Source: Marine group II euryarchaeote REDSEA-S43_B8
GTDB lineage: Archaea > Thermoplasmatota > Poseidoniia > Poseidoniales > Thalassarchaeaceae
NCBI GenBank assembly: GCA_001629235.1
Contig: LUSA01000037.1
Location: 891-32,306 of the forward strand
Direction of reading: 5' to 3'
DNA length: 31,416 nt
Part shown: one piece after another, positions 18,221 to 27,095 of the stretch
Numbering within the stretch: position 1 is the stretch's first letter
Layout: each line of letters opens with the position of its first letter
Notes under the pieces: generated by a model
Databases searched by the model: none
Seen by the model: the letters and a program-made list of their open reading frames with translations, nothing else
Told to the model about the DNA's origin: nothing
Program-made: the position numbers and the translations under genes

Positions 18221-21200
18221 ATGACAGCGGCTAGCTTGCAGAGGCCTTTCCGGCGAGGAATTATATCGGGATTTGTAATTGCGATGATGCTATCCGTTCC
18301 GCTAGTGTCTATTGACAGGGGTATGGAGAAAAATTCCTTGAAAGATGGCATTGGTATCAAGATGAATACGCAGGAAGAGTCGGGTTCGACTTGGATAGAT
18401 GGAGGTCAGCCATGGCCTCAGTCGGGTAGAACAGCAACTAGGATAGCGGATGTCCCGAATCATTCTCCAGATGGCGGTGCCGGATATGGAGATCCTACTA
18501 ACTCCAGTTCACTTATGTCAGTGGTTAAGCCGGCGATTAACTGGGAATTTGGTTCATACTCAATTGGTACAGACTCACTGGCTACTCCGATTGCAGAAAT
18601 GAGTGGTTCAATAGAGATTGGCCCAGGTGCGGAGGAGAGGTGCGGAGGTAGATCGCTGTTCACCGTTTTGGTTCAAAGTGAAGACGTTGCTGGATCCGAA
18701 CACAGCATACTGAGACTGATAGAAGGAGAGGACGCCGAACTAGCTTGGCAGGTTGATCTTGGAGTAACTGAGAAAGTCAAGGCCTCCCCAGTCGTGGTAG
18801 ACATCGATGAGGACGGGAGTCCGGAGATAGTAGTAGCGTATGATGCAGGGGGGTCGTTGTATGTGGATGTCTGGTCCCCTAGAATGTTCTGCTCGGTAAC
18901 TGGATGGACTTACTCGGGCCACTCTGAAGACCTCCTTTGGACTTGGAGTGACGAGTCTTTGATGATTAGCAGTGAAGAAGGGCCGTACACAAGTGGAATT
19001 TTAGGGGGACATAAGCCAACGACCCAGCCTCTTCTTGCTGATCTAGACCTTGACGGTGATGCGGAATTGGTAATCGCTGCTCTGGACGAGATATCCGAGG
19101 AGCCGGTAGTACTCGCTCTACCGTTGCAAACCAGCGGATCACCAAACACGCTGTGGCAAGTTTCTCTAAGTAAAGGAAGCCATCCCTCTGACCCTGCATT
19201 TGCACAAGTTGATGATGATACCGGATATGTCCTACTGACTACCATCGAGGCAAATAATGGAGGGATGTGGGTTTGGAAGATTGACTCTGAAACCGGTAGC
19301 TCGATTTGGCAAGGAGGTTTGTCACTGAACAACCTGGATGGGGATACCAATTCACCTCATGTTAGATTGCCAGGGCCCATTATAGCCAATCTTGATTCTG
19401 ATTCCGATCCTGAGATTATAGTCACAATACCCAGTGATGCAGATGGTTCAACTGCTGTGGATGGGGCTGAATTCAGAGGAATAGAAATTTCAGATGGTTC
19501 GCAATTGTGGGAATTCGAGGCAACAAATGGATTTGCCGATGCCCCCCCTACGGCTATTGACACGGATGGAGATGGAATGCATGACAGAGTGTGTTGGAAC
19601 ACATGGTGGCAGACTACAACAGATAGGCAAGGTGCAGCAGGGTGTCACGACGTAGGAGGGACTGTACCAAACCAGGAGTGGGCTCAGGACCTGGAGCAAA
19701 GCAGCGGCAATCCCAATGATGAGATTGCAGTTGCGACCCCTATATGGATGAATATAGATTCAGAAGACGAGCCAGAGCTCCTAGTCTCTTATGGCAGATC
19801 TCTTTGGGCATTCGATGGATCAAGTGGTTCTCCAGCGGGGATTAATTCAGAGTGGTCAAATGATGTCGAGTTGACGCACAGGACTTGGTCCTCTCCTGCC
19901 ATCGCCGATGTAGATGGCGATGCCACGGCGGACATTGTTTTGGGCAGCATGGTAGTATCTATGGCAATGCCCGACGTCAGGCCAATAACCGATGGAAGGG
20001 GGATAGAGTTCAACCCCAGTGCTCCCGATCCTGGTGAAGAAGTAACTGTCACAGTTTACATCGAAAATGCTGGAACTGCAGATACTGAAGAGGTAGTGGA
20101 TGTAGCAATATTTGCCAACGGAGAGAAGATTGGTGGAGAGGGCATTGAAGTTCTAAATCCGGTAGATCCAACAGGTTCTGGTTCATTCGCATCCTTCAAC
20201 GTTGAGTGGAGCGGTGATCTTGGCGAGCATACCTTCGAATTGATTGTCGACCCATATCGAAACTTGAGTCAAACAAGGTTCGATAACGACAAACAGGTTA
20301 GGACTCTTTCAATAATCCCAACATACAACGCGACTTTCGAGATTCCCACGGAACCGATAAGAGTCGATCCGGGAGGGGATGGAGATGCGCGATTCGGAGT
20401 CAGATCGACGGGTAGGTTGGCAGGAACCTGGACGCTTAACGTCGACAGCACCTCTCTACCTGATGGATGGGCTTGGGAAGACGAAACTCCTGGTGGGATT
20501 AGTTCGATCGAAATTGGTGTTGGACAGGTCTGGACCCCCTCGCTGAGAATTATCGCCCCCTCGGAAGCACTGGGTTCAGATGCAGGTTTCCTAGCCCTGA
20601 CCCTCACACGTGATGGAGGCGATGAGGAGATTTATGCAAATCTCCCAGTAGAGGCTAACAGAACCAGAGGCCTATCGATAAGAGGTCCGGACGGGACTAC
20701 ACAGAGTACTGGTTTTGGGCTTGTATCAGAGGATGCCAGGGCTTGGTTACTGATAGAGAATGTTGGAAACGCTGAGGAGAGTCAGATCGCCATATCCTGG
20801 GACGGAACCGAATGGGGCTCAGATCTGAGAATTTTCGATTCTTCTGGATATGAGATAAGTGCACTGACTCTGGGCCCGGGGGAGGAGAGGGAAGTGACTG
20901 CTAGACTCCCTGTACCTTCCGGAACCGCGCCCGGAGAGTCCGTAACCACTCCTCTGAGCATGTGTGTTGGGACGGGGGATGAGCAAGAGTGCAGCCAAGT
21001 ACAGTTGGAATTTATCTCTTCCAGGTCAGTGATGGATCCTAGCCACATCAGATCGGTACCTGAACAAGGGCTAACCTGGGAGATCTCAGCCGACATCCCA
21101 GAGGGAGTTGGGGGCATGAATTGGTCATTATCTGATTCCGGGATGTCAATCCAAGGGTGGGATTGGAGTGGTTCCGGGCAAGTATCTGTCTCGGGTGACG

Positions 21201-23851
21201 TAATATCTATCATCGGAGATTCCGGGACCAGGGCAATTGGTTCGCTCACATTGGACCTTCCAGAGGATGCCAGGCCGTCTTTCCATCTCTTCGAAGACGA
21301 TGGCTCGGGAGTGTCTGAGTCTCCATTGTCTATTTCCATAGAGGTATTGCAAATCCATAGGGCGGGCATGGATGTCAACTCTCCTACAATGCAACCTTAC
21401 GTCGTTGACGTAGAAGAGTCCAACCTAGTGGTACTGAAGCTCGAGAATCCGGGTAACGGAGATGACTCATACATGCTTTCTCACGAAGTATTGCTCGACG
21501 AGAACATGACTTCTGACCCTGGCATTGTTGTATCATTTTCCAGCAACCCAGTTCATCTCGGAGCAGGGAGCCTTAGAACCGTCCCACTTAGCGTCTCGCT
21601 GCCAGAGAGCACTCCTGCTAGAGTGCCAATTGCGATATCTTTCACCATGACTTCACAGGGCAATGTGTCCGTCTACTCTCATGAGGTGATTGTTTTCGAA
21701 GTAAGGCAAGACCATAGGTGGGACTTCGACCTAATTCATGATGGAGAAGATATCAACGGAACGAAAATATTCCTAGCACCAGGAGAAGAGAGGGCTATAT
21801 CGATTAATGCAACAAACACGGGGAACCTAGTTGATGACATATCTCTAGATTTGGGCACTCAGATTTTCCCATTGGGTTCGGATTCGTCAGAAGGATGGAT
21901 TGCAAACGGGAGCTCAGTTGAGGGAGTGGAAGTTAACGAGTCTGTGTCTCTGGAAATTAATCTTGAGGCACCCGAGGATTCGTGGAATGGATCTATTATG
22001 AGAGTAGATGTTACTGGTATGGCCAGAGATGAGGCGATTATGGAATTCCACTTCATGATCGAGGTTACCAGAGTTCCGGGTTGGGGGGTGTCTTCTTCGA
22101 TATCTGATTTGGAGATAGATGCCAATGGATCGACCATCCAAATAGAGATTATGCAGATGGGGAACAATCCTAGTATACCATTCGTTTCAACTTACATCAC
22201 CGGACAAAAAGGATGGTTAATCGAAGATTTGCCGCAACTTCCCGAAGTGATTCCAGGGGATTCTACAACGCTGGAAATCAACGTAACGCCATCAGAAACT
22301 GCTAGTCCGGGAAGATCTGTAGAGTTACATGTGAGAGTTAGAGATGGCGATTCTGCTGGTTTGACAGAGATTACCATGCCACTTAGAGTATCTGCTGTCC
22401 AGAACTTCTCTATCGAATCTCATGGTTCTTGGGCGGTTTCCAGTCATGGTGGTCAACCTCCCGCAATGGTATCAAACACAGGAAATTCCCCTACGACCAT
22501 CGACTTCCACATAGAAGGAGTTCCAGATGGATGGGGGGCTAGTGGGAGTATGCAAATTGTACTCGCACTTGGAGAACAAAGAGGGATTCCAATTGATCTG
22601 GTTCCAGAAGAAGGTTGGACTGGCCCTTCCGAGACAGTAAGGATAGTAGCAGAAGATGCGAGTGGTAATCAGAGAGAAATCGAACTTGAAGTGCACTATT
22701 CCGAGTTCTCCTGGGCTAGCTCGCCCTACATCTTTGCTCAGAGTGGGGATGACGCCACCATAAACATCCATGGAACTGACGAAAGTACCGAAGTTCTTGA
22801 CAGAGGCAGTAGACTAGAGTGGAGCGAGATGGGTTGGTTGCTGCCAATTGATGATTCGACCAATGGAACCCTGTCCATAGAAGGCGAGGAACTGGATTAT
22901 TTCCTATCCTCGGAGTATTCCGAATCCAGAGTGGTCTTATGTTCCATAACAGGGGATTTCGACGACATGGGGGCTACGTGCTCCGTAGGGAACGGAACCA
23001 TGGACTTTGATTTCCAAATACTACTGATTTCGGATGAGGGTTCTGTTCTAGACTACTTCTACGGTAGTCTCGAGTCAAATGAGTCTGCTCAGCAGATAAA
23101 CCTGAGTGGATCCGAATGGAAACCCCTACCAGGAGAAAGGAGCGTTGTAATCAGGGTTCTAGACGAGAAAGGATTGTTGATTGGAGACTTTGAGAGAGAG
23201 TTTGATGTTAGGAGGAGCGACTGGAACGTGGGAATCGGAGAAGTTGAATTAGTCGGAGAGGGTACAGGGCAGCAGATCAGCGTCCCTACAAAGAGACTCA
23301 ACGAAAATCTACTGTCCGATGCAGATTGTATTATCTCCCTTAGTGCCGAAGGAAGTTCTGGAAGCCACTATTCTGAGCATATTGTCGATATGACACAGGC
23401 CTTCGTACCCGCCCCCAAGTTCGATCGGCCAGATGTGGAAGACTCGACAGAACTTGTGATAACCATTAGTTGCTCTTTCCCATGGGATATCGATTCAGAT
23501 CCAAGTGATAATCAGAGGACAATAGTACTCAGTGGAGGTTCTGCCCTAGAGGATAGAGTTGACGAACTGGGGACGGGCCTTCTTGCTGCTATTCTTGTAG
23601 TCGGCACTTACCTTGGTTTGTCTTGGATTATGAGCAACCGTAGGGAGTCTGAGAGGATGATGCAAATGGCCCAGGCTGCAATAGACGAGAAGATTGCCGA
23701 GAAGCAATCCGCGCCCATGATTGAGGAAAATGAGCCCGAAGGAGTTGAAGAGCCCGAATCAAGTGATGATGACGAGGTAGAAGTCGTTCAGAATAAAACA
23801 GAAGAGGGTGACGAGTACGACGAGCGGCTCAGAAGGCTTCTTGACAGATAG
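18221..23851 (+). CDS. Giant membrane-anchored surface protein: FG-GAP/VCBS-like beta-propeller, CARDB domain, tandem NEW3/COG1470-like Ig domains, C-terminal TM and acidic tail
   Basis: N-terminal signal. Ca-binding loops DIDEDGSPEIVV, DLDLDGDAELVI, NLDSDSDPEIIV, DTDGDGMHD, NIDSEDEPELLV and DVDGDATADIV. CARDB-like NPSAPDPGEEVTVTVYIENAG..FELIVDP..NDK. Repeated ENxGN/NTGN motifs, and TM LLAAILVVGTYLGLSWIM. ATG 18221 is preferred over 18167. Confidence 0.9.
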   Translation: MTAASLQRPFRRGIISGFVIAMMLSVPLVSIDRGMEKNSLKDGIGIKMNTQEESGSTWIDGGQPWPQSGRTATRIADVPNHSPDGGAGYGDPTNSSSLMSVVKPAINWEFGSYSIGTDSLATPIAEMSGSIEIGPGAEERCGGRSLFTVLVQSEDVAGSEHSILRLIEGEDAELAWQVDLGVTEKVKASPVVVDIDEDGSPEIVVAYDAGGSLYVDVWSPRMFCSVTGWTYSGHSEDLLWTWSDESLMISSEEGPYTSGILGGHKPTTQPLLADLDLDGDAELVIAALDEISEEPVVLALPLQTSGSPNTLWQVSLSKGSHPSDPAFAQVDDDTGYVLLTTIEANNGGMWVWKIDSETGSSIWQGGLSLNNLDGDTNSPHVRLPGPIIANLDSDSDPEIIVTIPSDADGSTAVDGAEFRGIEISDGSQLWEFEATNGFADAPPTAIDTDGDGMHDRVCWNTWWQTTTDRQGAAGCHDVGGTVPNQEWAQDLEQSSGNPNDEIAVATPIWMNIDSEDEPELLVSYGRSLWAFDGSSGSPAGINSEWSNDVELTHRTWSSPAIADVDGDATADIVLGSMVVSMAMPDVRPITDGRGIEFNPSAPDPGEEVTVTVYIENAGTADTEEVVDVAIFANGEKIGGEGIEVLNPVDPTGSGSFASFNVEWSGDLGEHTFELIVDPYRNLSQTRFDNDKQVRTLSIIPTYNATFEIPTEPIRVDPGGDGDARFGVRSTGRLAGTWTLNVDSTSLPDGWAWEDETPGGISSIEIGVGQVWTPSLRIIAPSEALGSDAGFLALTLTRDGGDEEIYANLPVEANRTRGLSIRGPDGTTQSTGFGLVSEDARAWLLIENVGNAEESQIAISWDGTEWGSDLRIFDSSGYEISALTLGPGEEREVTARLPVPSGTAPGESVTTPLSMCVGTGDEQECSQVQLEFISSRSVMDPSHIRSVPEQGLTWEISADIPEGVGGMNWSLSDSGMSIQGWDWSGSGQVSVSGDVISIIGDSGTRAIGSLTLDLPEDARPSFHLFEDDGSGVSESPLSISIEVLQIHRAGMDVNSPTMQPYVVDVEESNLVVLKLENPGNGDDSYMLSHEVLLDENMTSDPGIVVSFSSNPVHLGAGSLRTVPLSVSLPESTPARVPIAISFTMTSQGNVSVYSHEVIVFEVRQDHRWDFDLIHDGEDINGTKIFLAPGEERAISINATNTGNLVDDISLDLGTQIFPLGSDSSEGWIANGSSVEGVEVNESVSLEINLEAPEDSWNGSIMRVDVTGMARDEAIMEFHFMIEVTRVPGWGVSSSISDLEIDANGSTIQIEIMQMGNNPSIPFVSTYITGQKGWLIEDLPQLPEVIPGDSTTLEINVTPSETASPGRSVELHVRVRDGDSAGLTEITMPLRVSAVQNFSIESHGSWAVSSHGGQPPAMVSNTGNSPTTIDFHIEGVPDGWGASGSMQIVLALGEQRGIPIDLVPEEGWTGPSETVRIVAEDASGNQREIELEVHYSEFSWASSPYIFAQSGDDATINIHGTDESTEVLDRGSRLEWSEMGWLLPIDDSTNGTLSIEGEELDYFLSSEYSESRVVLCSITGDFDDMGATCSVGNGTMDFDFQILLISDEGSVLDYFYGSLESNESAQQINLSGSEWKPLPGERSVVIRVLDEKGLLIGDFEREFDVRRSDWNVGIGEVELVGEGTGQQISVPTKRLNENLLSDADCIISLSAEGSSGSHYSEHIVDMTQAFVPAPKFDRPDVEDSTELVITISCSFPWDIDSDPSDNQRTIVLSGGSALEDRVDELGTGLLAAILVVGTYLGLSWIMSNRRESERMMQMAQAAIDEKIAEKQSAPMIEENEPEGVEEPESSDDDEVEVVQNKTEEGDEYDERLRRLLDR

Positions 23852-23857
23852 TCAACA

Positions 23858-24490
23858 GTGTGTGCCATGGGGAGTTACATTCCGCCTTCTTCCTTCCATA
23901 CTTTCGACCCGATAAGGAACAGTCCTGATTCGATAGTAAACGGAATCATCTCTTCCATGTCTGGGAATCATGGAGAGTTACTCCTTTCAGCGGCAGGAAT
24001 AGAAGAGGTAGCAGGCCTAAAGGAGGGGGAAGACTCCCCTCTTGACAAGGCAACACTGCTATTCATCTCTGTTCTCGACTGGCAAGATGACTGGAGCGTT
24101 CCCCGATCCCTTGATGGGGGTCACTCAAGAGAGAGGCTAGGGAGGTTCCCTAGTGATGATGGCAATGCAATAGAGTATCTCCTCCGCTTCACGAAAGAGG
24201 GAGAGGGGTCTGATCTTCACCGTCTATTGGAGAAGCTATGCAGGGGCCTGAATGAAGATTCATTCGGACATTCTGGATTCAATGAGGGCTCCGCAGGTAT
24301 CGAGATGCTAGGTTGGCTAGATGGAGAAGATATCTCCAAAATTAGGAGGGAGATTGAGAAGGGAGCTTGGTCAGTCAAGTCCGATGAGCCCCTCGATGGA
24401 GGAGTGCAGGATGCATTCAGGCATCTTCTTGTATTTCTTAGAGCGGCTGTCAAAAGGAAATGCGGGATTCTGATGAGAAGGCATTCCTAG
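23858..24490 (+). CDS. Hypothetical protein
   Basis: A 210-aa ORF with normal composition that fills the gap between flanking genes. ATG 23867 is an alternative start. Confidence 0.7.
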   Translation: MCAMGSYIPPSSFHTFDPIRNSPDSIVNGIISSMSGNHGELLLSAAGIEEVAGLKEGEDSPLDKATLLFISVLDWQDDWSVPRSLDGGHSRERLGRFPSDDGNAIEYLLRFTKEGEGSDLHRLLEKLCRGLNEDSFGHSGFNEGSAGIEMLGWLDGEDISKIRREIEKGAWSVKSDEPLDGGVQDAFRHLLVFLRAAVKRKCGILMRRHS

Positions 24491-25170
24491 GTCCTGATGC
24501 GCATCTCTCTGAGCTCTTGATAGATCATTGTTGATTCTTCCAGGACTGAATGCAGGTGGTCGCTCAACTCCCCTTCCTTTGAAGACGGAGGGGAAAATCC
24601 CGAGGATTTCCATACAGAATCATACCAGTATTTTCCCCATAAGCCGTCACAACTCCTTGGTCCTGGCTCCCAAGATAGCATTCTCCGGGAGAATGGAATA
24701 CCGATAGATTCACACAGTACTGAGAGGATTAATTCGGGATTTTCCAAGACGTCTTCCGAATCGATGACAGGGGGTATTTTCCCGGAACTCTTGATTACAT
24801 GCCTGAAGATTGTTAGTTGCTGTGGGAGGCCTGTCGATAGCAGGTCAATGGAGTCGGTAATCTTGGAAAGGGATAGGAGAACGTCCCGAGGGTTCCTGAT
24901 CAAGAAGCAGTTCTTGAAATCATCAATCCAAGAAATGTCAGAGTCATCGGGAATGGGGCCAGTGAGTGTTGTGATTACCTTTCCCAAATCGGTCTCATTT
25001 TTCTCAATTACCTCCTCCGCGCCGGGATGGGGAGTCCTGCTGTTGAGGAGGAAAGATGCATAGAGAGGTTCATCGGTTGCATGGCAGTCAAATCTATTTT
25101 CGAATGAGTACATCAGTGCAGTTGAGATATTGCGGGGTCCAGACCACATCGCGATCCTAGTTCTATCCAA
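24487..25170 (-). CDS. Sulfotransferase-like protein of the type found with aminotransferase-IV-like genes (Sulfotransfer_5-like); internal segment apparently missing near 24950
   Basis: RIAMWSGPRNISTALMYSF (5'-PSB-like loop), DEPLY, FLIRNPRDVLLS (3'-PB-like), PPVIDSEDVL.NP and LSW..GP..DGLWGKYWY. TTG 25170 follows an SD-like GAGGTGA. Confidence 0.85.
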   Translation of the reverse strand: MDRTRIAMWSGPRNISTALMYSFENRFDCHATDEPLYASFLLNSRTPHPGAEEVIEKNETDLGKVITTLTGPIPDDSDISWIDDFKNCFLIRNPRDVLLSLSKITDSIDLLSTGLPQQLTIFRHVIKSSGKIPPVIDSEDVLENPELILSVLCESIGIPFSRRMLSWEPGPRSCDGLWGKYWYDSVWKSSGFSPPSSKEGELSDHLHSVLEESTMIYQELREMRIRT

Positions 25171-25175
25171 GCGAG

Positions 25176-26072
25176 TCACCTCATTACGAGTTCTTGATAC
25201 AGTTGTTGGATCCTTTCGCATATCCTCCCTCTTGATCCTTGTCCAATCACAGTACCATCAAAAGAAATTACGGGAGTCAAACCTGCGAATGTCCCGGTCA
25301 CGAAAGCCTCGTCTGCCAAATGTACGTCCTCAAATGTGAAATTTCCCAGAGTGTATGGGATTCCGTGAGAATCGCAAATTTCCAGGACCTTGCGCCTAGT
25401 AATACCATCTAAGCAGTATTCCCCCGTTGAAGTCCAAACTACGCCATCCCTTACCATGAAGAAGTGGGTCGAGTTACAGGTTGATACAAACCCATGTGGA
25501 TCCAGCATCAAACCCTCCTCCCCCCCTTTGTTATCTGCCTCGATGCAAGCCGCAATGCAGTTGTGCTTGGAGAGGCTGTTAATCCTAGGATTCTGAACCT
25601 CTGGGCCGCTTCTCCTGATATCTACGGAGACAAGCCTAATGCCATCGATTGACCTTTTTTCATTGGCCTTCTTGAATTCTGGGATGATGACGATTGTAGG
25701 TTTTGAAGAAATTACCCAAGGAGCCTGGTATGGAGTTGGCTTGAGGCCTCTTGAGACAATTAGCCTGAGATGGACGTTATCATGCATTTCGTTAGCAGAA
25801 ATCACCCTGTTTATCTCTGACCTAATCTCGTCCCTAGACCTCCCGGGGTCAAGGGAAATCTCCGATGCCCCGTGGAAAAGTCTGTCCAAATGTTCTTCGA
25901 TGAACACTAGTTTTCCATCATGGAGCCTAAATGATTCCCAGACGCCATCTCCCAAAAGGAAGCCAGAGTCGAAAACCGAAACCTTCGCTTCTTTCCTTGG
26001 GAAGAGTTCTCCATTTACAGATATCAGTACATCCTCGTTTCTAGGGTCATCCTCGTACTCATGTGTCCCCAT
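25176..26072 (-). CDS. Aminotransferase class IV (fold-type IV, BCAT/D-AAT-like) protein with atypical active site
   Basis: Motifs SVFDSGFLLGDGVWE, HLDRL, RLIVSRG, EGLMLD.HG, CLDGITR and DEAFVTGT. ATG 26072 overlaps the purC stop (TGATG). Confidence 0.88.
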   Translation of the reverse strand: MGTHEYEDDPRNEDVLISVNGELFPRKEAKVSVFDSGFLLGDGVWESFRLHDGKLVFIEEHLDRLFHGASEISLDPGRSRDEIRSEINRVISANEMHDNVHLRLIVSRGLKPTPYQAPWVISSKPTIVIIPEFKKANEKRSIDGIRLVSVDIRRSGPEVQNPRINSLSKHNCIAACIEADNKGGEEGLMLDPHGFVSTCNSTHFFMVRDGVVWTSTGEYCLDGITRRKVLEICDSHGIPYTLGNFTFEDVHLADEAFVTGTFAGLTPVISFDGTVIGQGSRGRICERIQQLYQELVMR

Positions 26073-26983
26073 CAAAGAGCCTCTCCAGTAAGGCGCTGGA
26101 ACATACTAGCGTATAGTTCAGCCGTACTGGCAATAATGCTATCTGGTAGAGGGGGGATGGGTGGTTCTGGTGACCCAGATTGTCTTGCTTCGTATAGTTC
26201 CGAATGGTGGCCTGACTCGATGTAGTGTTTTCTTACTGACTCCTTCGAGAGCTGTACTATCTCTCCGTCCTCATAGGCATCGGCATCCCACCATCGATCC
26301 TCATCGAGAGTTCCGAAGGAGTCTATCAGAACAGGCTCCCGGCCTTCTCCCAGTGCGAATTCCTTCTTCCCGTCAACATGGATTAGTCCTCTCTTAGATG
26401 TCTCTCGATCGATTACCGAATCCACCTCCAGAACTATCGCTAGAATTGCGTCAAGCTCTGCAGGATCCAAATTTGAAATCTCCAATGCCTCATCTCTATC
26501 CAGATTCCTGTCGAACTTTTCGAACTTAGTGGAGACTTCCAGGAACGGCTCTGGAAGCCTGACTCCCTCATCAAGCACCTCCCCTGCTTCGAATCCGAAG
26601 TCCTCAGGCTTTACCTCTCCTCTCTGATATCTCCTCCATGCGGTACCTGCCAGATAATGCCTACAGATTACTTCTAGTGGGACGAAGAAGTTCTCTGCAT
26701 CTCTGGGAATGGCGCCAGGTTCTCTGATCACGTCAAAACGTCTCGCTAGAACTCTGTCTGGGGCATTCATCTCTATGACATGAGTCTTGCAAATTCCTTC
26801 ATCCTCAATCAGTCCGAACCAATGACAAGATGCTCTGTTCAATGACTCTCCCTTCCTCGGAATCAAACTAGGAATCACTTGGTCGAAGACTGATATCTGA
26901 TCCGTGTATCTGAACTCGATGATATCAGGATCATCCGTGCTCCAAACCTGTTTAACCTTACCACTATACAATAATTCTGTCAT
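26072..26983 (-). CDS. purC: Phosphoribosylaminoimidazole-succinocarboxamide (SAICAR) synthase
   Basis: Motifs LYSGKVKQVW, TDQISVFD, IPRKGESLN, PLEVICRHYLAGT, STKFEKFD, GLIHVDGKKEF, DSFGTLDEDRWW and LSKESVR. Confidence 0.96.
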   Translation of the reverse strand: MTELLYSGKVKQVWSTDDPDIIEFRYTDQISVFDQVIPSLIPRKGESLNRASCHWFGLIEDEGICKTHVIEMNAPDRVLARRFDVIREPGAIPRDAENFFVPLEVICRHYLAGTAWRRYQRGEVKPEDFGFEAGEVLDEGVRLPEPFLEVSTKFEKFDRNLDRDEALEISNLDPAELDAILAIVLEVDSVIDRETSKRGLIHVDGKKEFALGEGREPVLIDSFGTLDEDRWWDADAYEDGEIVQLSKESVRKHYIESGHHSELYEARQSGSPEPPIPPLPDSIIASTAELYASMFQRLTGEAL

Positions 26984-26991
26984 GACCTAGC

Positions 26992-27006
26992 CCGAACAAA
27001 GTTCGG
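26992..27006. promoter_or_regulatory. Perfect inverted repeat CCGAAC-AAA-GTTCGG immediately upstream of purC
   Basis: 6-bp dyad with a 3-nt spacer, 8 nt from the purC start, in the divergent purC/ABC intergenic region. Confidence 0.3.
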
Positions 27007-27095
27007 ACATCAATATTGCCCAATGAGCCTCTGTGTCAAATTTTTTCTTAGTAGACTAGACTAAATCCTCACAGCCCAGCGAGAGGGCGGGTATT

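Noticed and set aside
17897-18360. Short ORFs spanning the rpoE'/giant-gene intergenic region
   Set aside because: They overlap real genes, have Arg/Pro-rich composition caused by the GC-rich stretch, and show no motifs.
18460-23301. Numerous minus-strand ORFs opposite the 1,876-aa gene
   Set aside because: They are Ser/Pro/Ile-rich antisense shadows typical of acidic, Gly/Asp/Glu-rich coding strands.
24487-24490. Convergent genes sharing overlapping stop codons in a CTAG palindrome (similar tight junctions at 9370/9373, 16637-16653 and 30078/30081)
   Set aside because: This is ordinary for compact genomes, with no evidence of antisense regulation.
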